From the NCBI GenBank assembly GCA_046260395.1, contig JBHEPH010000009.1:5520-69519 (forward strand): 64,000 nt of DNA, read 5' to 3'. Below, piece by piece: positions 19,945 through 29,349 of the stretch (the stretch's first letter is position 1; every line of letters begins with the position of its first letter). Source of the stretch: Gemmatimonadales bacterium. GTDB lineage: Bacteria > Gemmatimonadota > Gemmatimonadetes > Gemmatimonadales > GWC2-71-9. A model generated the notes under the pieces. The model saw only the letters and a program-made list of their open reading frames with translations, ran no database searches and was not told the DNA's origin. A program made the translations under genes and the position numbers.

Positions 19945-21228
19945 TCATCGCACGATCGCTGCGTAGACCAGGGTGTTGAACCGCGTGGAGAGGTTGGGTC
20001 CAGTGGGGCGGATCATGTTGGTGTAGATCTGTGCCACCAGTCCCTCCGCCGGGTCGGCCCAGTAGCTCGTGGCAAAGGCCCCACCCCAGCTGAACGACCC
20101 CCGCGTCCGCGGCGAGAGATGATCGTTGCTCGCCGTCTCGAGCCCGAAGCCGAGCCCCACCTCACTGGGCAGCGTTGGCAGCTGCTCGGTCAGCATCATC
20201 TCCACCGTCTTCGGGCTGAGCAGGCGTACTCCGTTGAACTCACCCTTGTTGAGGAAGAGCTGGAGGAAGCGGGCGTAGTCCTGGATCGTGGAGGAAAGCC
20301 CCGCCCCGCCGGAGAAATAGGTGCCATGGAGCCGCGGATAGTTGGGGTTGACACCATCGAAGACCTGGCTCTGCATTGGCACCGCCCGCCCACTCTGGCC
20401 ATCATGCAGGGTCACCAGCCGTTCGTGCCGATCGGGGGGCAGGTAGAACCAGGTGTCGCGCATGCCGAGTGGGTCAAAGATCCTGGTGCGGAGGAACTGG
20501 TCGAACGGCATCCCGGAGATCACCTCCACGAAATACCCGAGGAGGTCGAACGAAAGGCTGTAGATGCTGGCCTCGCCGGGCCGGCCGCGGAGTGGCAGGC
20601 CGCCGAGGATCCGCATCTTCTCGCCGATGGTGTGGGTGTCGTTGCCGATTCCGCTTGGCACCCCTGCCTTGGCATAGATAGCCCGGAAGTTCTCGCTGCC
20701 GATCCCGGCGTAGTCGAGGCCCGAGGTATGGGTCAGGAGCTGCCGGATGGTGATCTCCCGGCCGGCCGGCTCCGCATCGAAGGTCGTGTCCACCGCCCGG
20801 AAGGTGGTGAGCACCCGCGGACGGGCAAATTCGGGGAGGTAGCGGGAGACGGGATCATCGAGCTGGAAGTGGCCCTCCTCCCAGAGCATCATCACCGCCA
20901 GCGCGGTGATGGCCTTGGACTGGGAGGCGATCCGGAAGATATCGTCGCGCTGCATCGGCACCCGGGTGCCAAGGTCGCGGACCCCGTACGCCTTGTGGAG
21001 CACGACCTGCCCCTGCCGCGAAATGAACACGACCGCGCCCGGGATGGCACCGGCGGCGATCGCCTCGTTCACCATCGAGTCGATACGGGCCAGCCGTGCC
21101 GCGGAGAAGCCGGCGGCGGCGGCACTGGCGGCCGCCGGGAAGGCGGCACGATCCTGGGCCGATGCCGCCACCACCGGGGTGGCGAGCAGCAACAGGCCGA
21201 GCAGGGCGGAATGGGCAGTGCGGCGCAT
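19945..21228 (-). CDS. Secreted serine hydrolase, beta-lactamase class C / esterase family VIII-like
   Basis: Signal peptide, FRIASQSK (SxxK), LLTHTSG, YS and WGG motifs. Confidence 0.92.
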   Translation of the reverse strand: MRRTAHSALLGLLLLATPVVAASAQDRAAFPAAASAAAAGFSAARLARIDSMVNEAIAAGAIPGAVVFISRQGQVVLHKAYGVRDLGTRVPMQRDDIFRIASQSKAITALAVMMLWEEGHFQLDDPVSRYLPEFARPRVLTTFRAVDTTFDAEPAGREITIRQLLTHTSGLDYAGIGSENFRAIYAKAGVPSGIGNDTHTIGEKMRILGGLPLRGRPGEASIYSLSFDLLGYFVEVISGMPFDQFLRTRIFDPLGMRDTWFYLPPDRHERLVTLHDGQSGRAVPMQSQVFDGVNPNYPRLHGTYFSGGAGLSSTIQDYARFLQLFLNKGEFNGVRLLSPKTVEMMLTEQLPTLPSEVGLGFGLETASNDHLSPRTRGSFSWGGAFATSYWADPAEGLVAQIYTNMIRPTGPNLSTRFNTLVYAAIVR

Positions 21229-21276
21229 AGAGTGACCCTCCTGGGTTCACTGAGCTGGGAGCTTCCTAATCCTGGG

Positions 21277-22569
21277 TCACCGGTTCGCGGCGATCACGGT
21301 ATTGAGCAGGACATCGGCCCCGCGAATCACATCCGCAGCGTGGGTAAACTCCCGGGGCGAGTGGCTGATGCCTCCCACGCTGGGCACGAAGATCATCCCC
21401 ATCGGGGCAATAAGCGCCAGCTGCTGGGCGTCATGGCCCGCCCCGCTCGGCATTGGCTGCCGGGAGAGTCCCAGTCCTTCGGCACTGCCGGCGATCCACT
21501 CCATCACCCCCGCGTCGGCCAGGGCCGGCGCGCTGCTGGTGACCGACTTGACGCTGAACTCGGTCCGGGTGGCGACGCCAATCTCCTGGCCCAGCCGCTC
21601 GAAGGTTGCCGCGAAGCGGGTCAGCTTGGCGGGATCGAGATCGCGGAGGTCCACACTCAGCACCACCTGGCCGGGAATGACATTCCGGGTATTCGGCTCC
21701 GCCACCAGCCGCCCCACCGTGGCCACCTGCCGCCCCGGCTCGGCACGGATCGCCTCATTGACCGCGACGATGAACCGGGCCGCCGCGAGCATCGCATCCT
21801 GGCGCTGGTCCATCGGGGTGGTACCGGCGTGGTTGGCGAACCCGGTGATGGTCACCTCGATGAACCGCAGCCCGATGATGCCCTGCACCACTCCAATCTG
21901 CAACCCAGCCTGTTCGAGCAGTCCCCCCTGCTCAATGTGCAGCTCGATGTAGCAGGCGGCGCTCCCCTTGGCACGGACCGACTCTTGCAGCCGCGCCACG
22001 TTGCCGCCCACGATGCCGATCCCTTCTCGGTTCGTCTTCCCCGAGCGGGCCACACTGTCCAGGTCCACGGAATCGAACGCCCCGACGGCGAGCTTGCTGC
22101 CGATCAGCCCGCCCTCCTCATTGGCCCAGACCACGACTTCCACCGGGTGCCGCAACCGGATGCCCTGCTCCCGAAGCGACCGCGCCACCTCGATGGCGCC
22201 GAAGGAGCCGACCGGCCCGTCAAAGTTGCCGCCGTCGGTTACCGAGTCCACATGGGACCCGATCACGATCGGCGGCAGCGACGGGTCGCTGCCCGGCAGG
22301 CGCCCGGCGATGTTGCCGGCGGCGTCGATGCTCGGCCCCAGGCCCGCCTGGCGGAAGAGATCCAGGGTAAAAGCCCGGCCGGCCAGGTCGGCGTCGGAAT
22401 AGGCAACCCGGTTGATGCCACCGGCGGTGCGGCCGATGGTGTCGAACTGCGCCAGCCAGCTGTTGAGTCGCGCGCCGTTGACGTGGAGCGGAGCCTGGTG
22501 CGGCGCGCGGAGGATCAAGGGCACCGCCGCGAGGGCGGCAGCCTGGCCGAGGAAGGCGCGTCGTTTCAT
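21277..22569 (-). CDS. Zn-dependent M20 hydrolase (N-carbamoyl-L-amino-acid/allantoate amidohydrolase family) with Tat signal
   Basis: MKRRAFL, GSHVDSV..GGNFDG, NEEG, ELHIEQG, NHAGTTPM and SGAGHDA motifs. Confidence 0.93.
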   Translation of the reverse strand: MKRRAFLGQAAALAAVPLILRAPHQAPLHVNGARLNSWLAQFDTIGRTAGGINRVAYSDADLAGRAFTLDLFRQAGLGPSIDAAGNIAGRLPGSDPSLPPIVIGSHVDSVTDGGNFDGPVGSFGAIEVARSLREQGIRLRHPVEVVVWANEEGGLIGSKLAVGAFDSVDLDSVARSGKTNREGIGIVGGNVARLQESVRAKGSAACYIELHIEQGGLLEQAGLQIGVVQGIIGLRFIEVTITGFANHAGTTPMDQRQDAMLAAARFIVAVNEAIRAEPGRQVATVGRLVAEPNTRNVIPGQVVLSVDLRDLDPAKLTRFAATFERLGQEIGVATRTEFSVKSVTSSAPALADAGVMEWIAGSAEGLGLSRQPMPSGAGHDAQQLALIAPMGMIFVPSVGGISHSPREFTHAADVIRGADVLLNTVIAANR

Positions 22570-25271
22570 GGCCGCCCCGCTGCGCGCCACGTGCGCCGGG
22601 CCTCGTTCACCCAGTCAACCGCGATCAGCGCACCACCTGACCGCTGCGCCGGCGTCACCATCACAAAGGTCGTGCCGTCCGGTGAGAGATCGAATGCCGC
22701 GCCCGGCAACAGGCCCCGGATAGCGCTGCGGCGCGCGACGTTCAGGCGCGGGGACGTGGTCAACTCGATGACGCTCATGCCCGCCGCCGAGCGGTAGTAC
22801 AGCGTTCGGCTGTCGGGACCCCAGACAGGCGGAGAATCGAGACTGATCGTGCTCGACACCATCATCGTCGACGAATCCCGCAGCGAGCGCACCCACACTT
22901 CATAGGTCGAGCGATCAACAAAGCAGATCCATTCTCCATCGGGCGAGATGCGTACGTATTCGGGTCGCATCCTGGCACTGGCCATCACGAGTGTATCGAC
23001 GCGCATCGTAGTGCCGAGCGACACCCTGAGGAGCGCACCGGCGACGGGTGAAGTACGGTCACCCGTTCGCACGATGATCGTTTGTCCGTCTGCGGCGATA
23101 TCTGCAGCATATGGAGCGCCGTCGAGCGCGATCAGTCGCGAGGCCGGTGCGCTTCCGTCCAACCAGTGCGAGTGCAGTTCGAATCCGTCGCCGATGGCCT
23201 TGAGGTACATGAGTCGTTGGTCACCGGGAAACCACGACGGTTGCGCGACATCGTTGTTCGATGTGAGTCGGGTTTCCACGCCGCTGGCCAGGTCAATCGT
23301 CCATAAATCCGACGTGGTCACGCGCCATTGCCCTGTGGTTCCGCCGTTGACGCTCACGCCGACTGCCACCATTCGGCCATCTCGCGAGAATCGTGGCGCG
23401 CCCACGAACGGCGCGCCCTTGTGGAGCGTGCGCACGCGACCGGCCATGTCAACGAGGTCCAGCGTCGCGAGCGCCGCAGCCCCGGCAGGCCGATACACCA
23501 GCACACCGGAGCCTGACAGCGCGACACCTGTCCCGGGGGCACCGTATCCGACCCGGGTGCCAAGGCGCACCGCTTCACCGCGAACGCGCATCGCAATAGG
23601 GTCGAGCTCGACTGCCATGAGCGTTCCGTCGCTCTGCGCATAGACCAGGTGATCCTCGATCATCGCCAGTGCGCCGTGTCCGGTCAGGTCAGTCCGCACA
23701 CGCTTGCCATCGGTCAGCCGGTACAGAGCCAGCGTGGGCTCATCGCCGGTGGCGGTGTAGCTGCCGTAGACGACGACATCGCTGCCGGGCAGTACTAACG
23801 GCCGCCGCTGTCGGACTTCCCTGGCCGCGGTGTCCCTTGGAATCGCCAGTTGGGCACGGCCCCCCGACGCCTCCACACGCTGCATCCCGTCGTCGTTCCC
23901 GATCTGCTCGATGAGGATAAGGGTGTCCGAACTCCAGGCGAGCCCCGCGCTCAGGCCGTCGATTGTCGTCACGGTGCTCACATCGCCGCCGCCGACTGGC
24001 ACCTTCTTCACCACCCGCAACTCGGTGATGAACGCAATCCACTTTCCGTCCGCCGAGAACGCCGCGTTCGCTCCATTCTCGGTCCCGGCCAACGGCCGCG
24101 CCGTGGCCGCATCGAGGGTGCGGACCCAGAGTTGCATGCCCGTGCTATCGGTCGCAGCCCGAAACACGACACTCCGGCCGTCCGGTGAGACGGCGAATGG
24201 TCGGGAGAACGACAGGTCGACGCGGAGGGATGGATCGTCGGTAAGCCCGAACCGGATGGGCGCTCGGTCCGTCGCGGAGTTGGCGGAGCTCACTCCGGTC
24301 GGGCCGCGGGCCGCGAGCACGGCCAGCGCAGCGCCGAGCAGCACAGCCAGCAAGCCGGTCGCAATCGTGGCGCGCTTCCAGGCATGGGTCGCGTCGGTGC
24401 TCATGACGGCTGGCGTGCCTGCTGCCCGGAACGTGAAGCCGGGGTTGCCCAGCGCCTCGGCAAATTCCCTGGCGCTGGCGAATCGATCCGCGGGGAGCTT
24501 CTCCAGCGCCTTCGCCACGGCGCCCGCCACATTCGGCGGCACCGCCTTGCGGAGTTTCGTGACCGGCGCCGCTTCCTCCGTCACGATCTTCATGATGATC
24601 TGCTGCGCCGACGCGCCGACATGCGGCGGGCTGCCGGTCAGCATCTCGTACAACACGCTACCCAGCGAGTACACGTCCGAACGCGCCGAGATCTCCTTCT
24701 CGGCGGTGGCCTGCTCGGGGCTCATGTAGTGCGGGGTGCCGAGTGAGAGGCCGGTTTCCGTCATCCGGCCCCCGGCCGCCGCGCTCACGGCCAGCGCGAT
24801 GCCGAAATCCGCCACCATCGGGCGGCCGTCGTGCAGCAGGATGTTCTCGGGCTTGATGTCGCGATGGATCACGCCGTGCTGGTGGGCGTAGTGGAGCGCG
24901 CTGGCCACGTCACTGGCGATCCGGACGGACTGCTCGATGCCGAGCTGGGTGTCGCGGTCGAGCTTGGATCGCAATGTCTCGCCGTCGATGAATGGCATCA
25001 CGTAGTACAGGAACCCGTCGGCCTCCCCGCTGTCGAACAACGGCAGGATGTGCGGATGCTGCAGCGCCGCCGTGGTCGTGATCTCCTGCACGAATCGCTC
25101 GGCACCCAGCACGGCGGCGAGTTCGGGCTTCAGCACCTTCACCGCTACGCGGCGCCTGTGCTTCAAGTCCTCGGCGAGGTACACCGTGGCCATGCCGCCC
25201 TGGCCGAGCTCGCGCTCGAGGCGGTAGCTACGGCTAAGGGCGGCGGCAAGGCGGTCGGGGGAGTTGCTCAC
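22566..25271 (-). CDS. Receptor-type Ser/Thr protein kinase K6
   Basis: GTG start at 25271 (SNSPDRLAAALSRSYRLERELG). Hanks motifs, TM helix and propeller. Stop overlaps the M20 hydrolase ATG. Confidence 0.95.
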   Translation of the reverse strand: MSNSPDRLAAALSRSYRLERELGQGGMATVYLAEDLKHRRRVAVKVLKPELAAVLGAERFVQEITTTAALQHPHILPLFDSGEADGFLYYVMPFIDGETLRSKLDRDTQLGIEQSVRIASDVASALHYAHQHGVIHRDIKPENILLHDGRPMVADFGIALAVSAAAGGRMTETGLSLGTPHYMSPEQATAEKEISARSDVYSLGSVLYEMLTGSPPHVGASAQQIIMKIVTEEAAPVTKLRKAVPPNVAGAVAKALEKLPADRFASAREFAEALGNPGFTFRAAGTPAVMSTDATHAWKRATIATGLLAVLLGAALAVLAARGPTGVSSANSATDRAPIRFGLTDDPSLRVDLSFSRPFAVSPDGRSVVFRAATDSTGMQLWVRTLDAATARPLAGTENGANAAFSADGKWIAFITELRVVKKVPVGGGDVSTVTTIDGLSAGLAWSSDTLILIEQIGNDDGMQRVEASGGRAQLAIPRDTAAREVRQRRPLVLPGSDVVVYGSYTATGDEPTLALYRLTDGKRVRTDLTGHGALAMIEDHLVYAQSDGTLMAVELDPIAMRVRGEAVRLGTRVGYGAPGTGVALSGSGVLVYRPAGAAALATLDLVDMAGRVRTLHKGAPFVGAPRFSRDGRMVAVGVSVNGGTTGQWRVTTSDLWTIDLASGVETRLTSNNDVAQPSWFPGDQRLMYLKAIGDGFELHSHWLDGSAPASRLIALDGAPYAADIAADGQTIIVRTGDRTSPVAGALLRVSLGTTMRVDTLVMASARMRPEYVRISPDGEWICFVDRSTYEVWVRSLRDSSTMMVSSTISLDSPPVWGPDSRTLYYRSAAGMSVIELTTSPRLNVARRSAIRGLLPGAAFDLSPDGTTFVMVTPAQRSGGALIAVDWVNEARRTWRAAGRP

Positions 25272-25275
25272 TGGG

Positions 25276-25719
25276 TCACGCGCCCAGCGACCGGATGTCA
25301 TCGAGGTCCCGCGGGCGACCGGCGGCGCGCTTGTTTCGGATGAACTCGGCCCGCCCGATGAACGCCACCGGCACCTCGAAGAGTGTTCCATCCAGTCGCC
25401 CTTCCCACGCCTCCGCGAAGCCGACGCCGCTGATTCCGGTCAACAGGTCGATTCGGTAGGGCGGGAGGCCGAGCTGGATGACCTGGTCGGGGCGCACCAA
25501 GTCGGATTCCGTGAGGGACAACGACTCCAGCGGGGCGCCGAATCTCGTGAGCGCGGCCCAGACCCGCGCAGCATTAGGGGCCGTGGGTTCCACCCACAGG
25601 TCCAGGTCTCCGGTCATCCGCGGTACCCCGTGCGCCGCCAGGGCATGTGCGCCGACCACAAGGAACCGGGCTTGGGCCTCAACGAGGGCCGCCAGCAGGT
25701 CGCGGAAGTCGGCAATCAC
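25276..25719 (-). CDS. Nucleotidyltransferase (DUF6036/AbiEii-like), NTase-3
   Basis: FLVVGAHALAAHGVPRMTGDLDLWV and FIRNKRAAGRPRDLDD. GTG start overlaps the upstream stop. Confidence 0.85.
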   Translation of the reverse strand: MIADFRDLLAALVEAQARFLVVGAHALAAHGVPRMTGDLDLWVEPTAPNAARVWAALTRFGAPLESLSLTESDLVRPDQVIQLGLPPYRIDLLTGISGVGFAEAWEGRLDGTLFEVPVAFIGRAEFIRNKRAAGRPRDLDDIRSLGA

Positions 25720-25931
25720 AGGCTGTCCGGGTGGTCGGCCAGGGTCGCGAGCCGGATGGGCATGGTGGCCCGCGAATAGACCGGGAGGGGGCGGCCCGCC
25801 AGGCGCCACCCCTCCTCGGACAGCGCCGCCACCGCCGCAACGCGCTCGGCGACACTCCCCCCCATCCTCGGATCCCCGGCCTCGGGGCTTGCCAGGGGGA
25901 CCGTTCGGACAGTCATCCGCGCAGGATCCAT
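25716..25931 (-). CDS. Small partner protein of NTase-3 (putative antitoxin)
   Basis: 71 aa, SVAERVAAV..GWRLAGRPLPVYSR. GTGA coupling to NTase-3 and an upstream TATCTT box. Confidence 0.7.
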   Translation of the reverse strand: MDPARMTVRTVPLASPEAGDPRMGGSVAERVAAVAALSEEGWRLAGRPLPVYSRATMPIRLATLADHPDSL

Positions 25932-25989
25932 GATCTGACCAAGATACGGGAAATCACCAAGCAGGGCTATCGAGTGACACCGTCACAAC

Positions 25990-28900
25990 CTACCGCCGCA
26001 CCGGCGGCGCCGGGCGCCCCGGCAGCGTCTTGGGGTTGGCCGCCATGAGGCGCAGGACTTCCTGCACTCCCCGCTCCAGCTGCGGATCGCCGCCCCGGAT
26101 GACCGCCACCGGGTCCTGCTCCACCTCGATGTCCGGGTCCACGCCGTACCCCTCGATGATCCACTCGCCGGTGACGCTGTTGAAGCCGAATTCGGGAACG
26201 TTCACCACCCCACCGTCCACCAGGTTGCCGCGATTGGTGATCCCGATGACCCCGCCCCAGGACCGCTTGCCGATCAGGGGACCCAGCCCCGCCTGGCGGA
26301 ACATCGCCGGGAAGATGTCACCATCCGAGGCGGAGTTTTCGTCCAGCAGCGTCACCATTGAGCCGTGGAACACCGCGCCCCTGGGGTATGCGGTCGGATA
26401 ATCATCATTGCGCGAGAACCCGGTGGCCAGCAGCTCACGGCCGAGCCGGTCAATGAGCATGGACGACACATTGCCGCCCCCGTTGGCCCGCACGTCAATG
26501 ACCAGCCCCTCCTTGAGCACCTGCGGGTAATACCACTTGATGAACTCCCTAATTCCCTCGGCGCCCATGTTCGGGACATGCAGGTAGCCCACCCGCCCGC
26601 CAGTCAGCTCCTCCACACGGCGCCGGTTGCCCTCGACCCAGTCCAGGTAGATCAGGTCCGACTCGCTGGCGGTGGGGACGAAGGTGACCTCTCGGGCCCC
26701 CTGCATCGAGGGGGAACCGTTCACGGTGAGCCGCACCGGCCGGTCGGCCTTGTGGCGCAGCAGTCGATAGGGATCGTCATCGGGGCGCAGCTCCTCGCCA
26801 TCAATGGCCAGGAGATAGTCGCCCACAGAGACATCCACGCCGACCTCAGTCAAGGGTGAACGGTAGTTCGATTCCTCGTTGTGTCCGGGGAAGAGCCGGG
26901 TGATTCGATAGCGGTTGCTCGCGGGCTCGAGCGCGAATCGCGCGCCAGGCAGTGCCACCTGCGGCCGCGCCGGGCGGTCCCAGTCGCCGTCAGCGATGTA
27001 GGCATGCTGCACCGCGAGCTCGGCGATCATCTCCGAAATGACGTAGTTCAGGTCGGAGCGGTGGGCGACATGCGCCAACAGCGGACGGTACTGGTCCCGC
27101 AGTGCCTCCCAGTCGTAGCCGTGCATGTTCTCGACGTAGAAGAAGTCGCGGTAGCGGCGCCAGACCTCGTCGAATATCTGGGTCCACTCCTCCCGCGGCA
27201 CCCGGTCTACAAACATCCCGGCCGTAGACACCGTCTTCTTCGAGGCCGCGTTGTTGGGCTTGGCGTCGTAGAGCGCGAAAGCATTCCCTTCGCGCACCAG
27301 GATCTTCGCGCCGTCCTGCGAGGTCGCCCAGCCGTTGGCGTTCTCGGCCAATCGAGACTCCTTCCGGTCTGCCAGGGCGTAGATCCGGAGCGAATTCGGC
27401 GTTTCGGGCGCCCGGCCATAGTACCCGGCGCTCCCCACCCCATAGATCAGGTGGCCCTTGATGGCCGACAGACCGCCATAGTTGTCCGCAGGCAGTGGCA
27501 CCAGCGTGGCGCGCGTGGCGATCCCCTCGAAATCGATCCGGAGTGGGTCGGCGGCAGCCGGTGTGGCCGGTGCGGCGGCTGGGGTGCTCGGCTTGACCTC
27601 GTCGCTGCGGGGCGGGAACGGATGGGGCACGCCGGTCCGCAGCGACAGCGCGTAGATCCGCGTCGTCCGGTTCCCGGCAAAGTTCCACTCGACGTTGGAG
27701 AGCTGCGGGGCGTACTCTCGGTCGCTCAGGTAATAGAGGTAGTCGCCCGAGGGATCCCACGCAGGATTGCGCTCGCCGAAGAATCCATTGGTCACCTGGC
27801 GCGCACGGCCATCCGCCGCACTCCAGATATGGAGGGCACGCACGCCGCGCGGGTCCGCCAGGCTGAAGGCCAGGTGGTTGCCCCGCGGTGACCAGACATA
27901 GTCGAACACCTGCCCCCGCGGATCATCGGCGATTTCGATCACTCGGCGCCCATCAAGCGTCAACACGTACAGTTTGCCGTCCTTGTCGCTGAACGCGATG
28001 CGCGAGCCCTCGGCTGACCAGATCGGCCGGTACCGCATGGCCCGTCCACCTCGCGTAAGCTGCTCGGGCTCGCCGCGTCCGTCCTGGTTGAGGAGGTAAA
28101 GTTCTTCCTCGCCAGAGCGATCCGAGATGAAGACGACCCGGGTGCCGTCGGGTGACCACGCGGCCGCCTTGTCGTGGGCCCCGGAGCTGGCAGTCAGGTT
28201 GCGGGTGGGGCCATTCTCGACGGGCACGGTAAACAGATCACCTCGGGCATTGACCAGCGCCCGCTCGCCGCCGGGGCTCAGGGCAAACCCCCCGGCCTGG
28301 CCGCCAACCGCCACGCGAGATGGCCGCTCGTGAAGCCCATCGTGGGGCACCGTCACCCGGATCACCGAGCTTTGCCCGGTCCGGGTGTCGAGGAGCTGGA
28401 GCTCGCCGCCGAGCTCGTAGATGATCCGCCCGGTGGCGGGGTCGGCGCTCGGCCAGCGCACGTCCCAGGTCGTGCTGCGGGTCACCTGGCGCGTCTCGCC
28501 GCTGCGGGTGTCGTGGGCGTAGAGGTTGAAGGTCCCGCCCTCATCCGAGTTGTAATAGACGACGTCGCCGATCCACATCGCATCCCGCTGGGCGCGTGTC
28601 TGCGCCGGGATGCGGGTGGCGACGTTCGCCGCCAGATCGAAGATCACCAGCCGGTTGACCTGGCCGCCGGCGTAGCGCTTCTCAGAGCGGAAGTCCCGGA
28701 ACAGCGGAGAATAGACGATGCGGCGCCCATCCGGGGAGAAGGCACCCGAACCCGCCTGTGGCATTGGCAGCGCGGTGGCCGGGCCGCCAGCCGCCGGTAC
28801 CGTGTAGAGCTTCGCCGAGGGGAGCGTCCAAGCGTCCCGGAAGGAGCGGAACAGGATCCGCTGGCCGTCGGGGCTCCAGCCATACACCTGATGGTCATAG

Positions 28901-29262
28901 CCCCACCGCTCCGCGAGCGGCCCGCGGGCGGGGTAGAAGGTGAGCTGCTTCGGCACGCCGCCGGTGGCCGGCATGACGTAGACCTGCTCATCGCCGTCAT
29001 ACTGGCCCGTAAAGGCGATGGAGTGGCCGTCCGGTGAAAAGTTGGCGAAGAGTTCCAGGCCGGGGTGCGCGGTCAGTCGAACCGCCGTCCCACCGGCCAC
29101 CGAGGCGGTCCACAGGTCGCCCGCATAGGTAAAGGCGATCCGGTCGCCGTGTACGGCAGGAAACCGCAGGAGCTTCGTCTGGGCCGAGAGGACGCCGGCC
29201 GGGCAGAGGACGAGAAGCGCCGCCAGGAGCAGCGCTGGCCGGAATGGAGAGCAGTCACGCAT
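25990..29262 (-). CDS. Tricorn protease (S41, propellers + PDZ)
   Basis: LLRFPA..IAFTYAGDLW, WRRYRDFFY, GYLHVPNM, IDVRANGGG, SASDGD and GKRSWGGVIG motifs. Confidence 0.96.
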   Translation of the reverse strand: MRDCSPFRPALLLAALLVLCPAGVLSAQTKLLRFPAVHGDRIAFTYAGDLWTASVAGGTAVRLTAHPGLELFANFSPDGHSIAFTGQYDGDEQVYVMPATGGVPKQLTFYPARGPLAERWGYDHQVYGWSPDGQRILFRSFRDAWTLPSAKLYTVPAAGGPATALPMPQAGSGAFSPDGRRIVYSPLFRDFRSEKRYAGGQVNRLVIFDLAANVATRIPAQTRAQRDAMWIGDVVYYNSDEGGTFNLYAHDTRSGETRQVTRSTTWDVRWPSADPATGRIIYELGGELQLLDTRTGQSSVIRVTVPHDGLHERPSRVAVGGQAGGFALSPGGERALVNARGDLFTVPVENGPTRNLTASSGAHDKAAAWSPDGTRVVFISDRSGEEELYLLNQDGRGEPEQLTRGGRAMRYRPIWSAEGSRIAFSDKDGKLYVLTLDGRRVIEIADDPRGQVFDYVWSPRGNHLAFSLADPRGVRALHIWSAADGRARQVTNGFFGERNPAWDPSGDYLYYLSDREYAPQLSNVEWNFAGNRTTRIYALSLRTGVPHPFPPRSDEVKPSTPAAAPATPAAADPLRIDFEGIATRATLVPLPADNYGGLSAIKGHLIYGVGSAGYYGRAPETPNSLRIYALADRKESRLAENANGWATSQDGAKILVREGNAFALYDAKPNNAASKKTVSTAGMFVDRVPREEWTQIFDEVWRRYRDFFYVENMHGYDWEALRDQYRPLLAHVAHRSDLNYVISEMIAELAVQHAYIADGDWDRPARPQVALPGARFALEPASNRYRITRLFPGHNEESNYRSPLTEVGVDVSVGDYLLAIDGEELRPDDDPYRLLRHKADRPVRLTVNGSPSMQGAREVTFVPTASESDLIYLDWVEGNRRRVEELTGGRVGYLHVPNMGAEGIREFIKWYYPQVLKEGLVIDVRANGGGNVSSMLIDRLGRELLATGFSRNDDYPTAYPRGAVFHGSMVTLLDENSASDGDIFPAMFRQAGLGPLIGKRSWGGVIGITNRGNLVDGGVVNVPEFGFNSVTGEWIIEGYGVDPDIEVEQDPVAVIRGGDPQLERGVQEVLRLMAANPKTLPGRPAPPVRR

Positions 29263-29349
29263 GGGTTTCACGTCCTGGGCAGGGTGGAACGGCGGAAGCA
29301 GCACTACACTGAAAACGAGCCAGCAAAGGGAACAACCAAGGATACTTCG

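Noticed and set aside
19945-21228. Antibiotic-resistance beta-lactamase
   Set aside because: It has SxxK but a WGG box rather than KTG, typical of family VIII esterases and generic serine hydrolases. Resistance is not supported.
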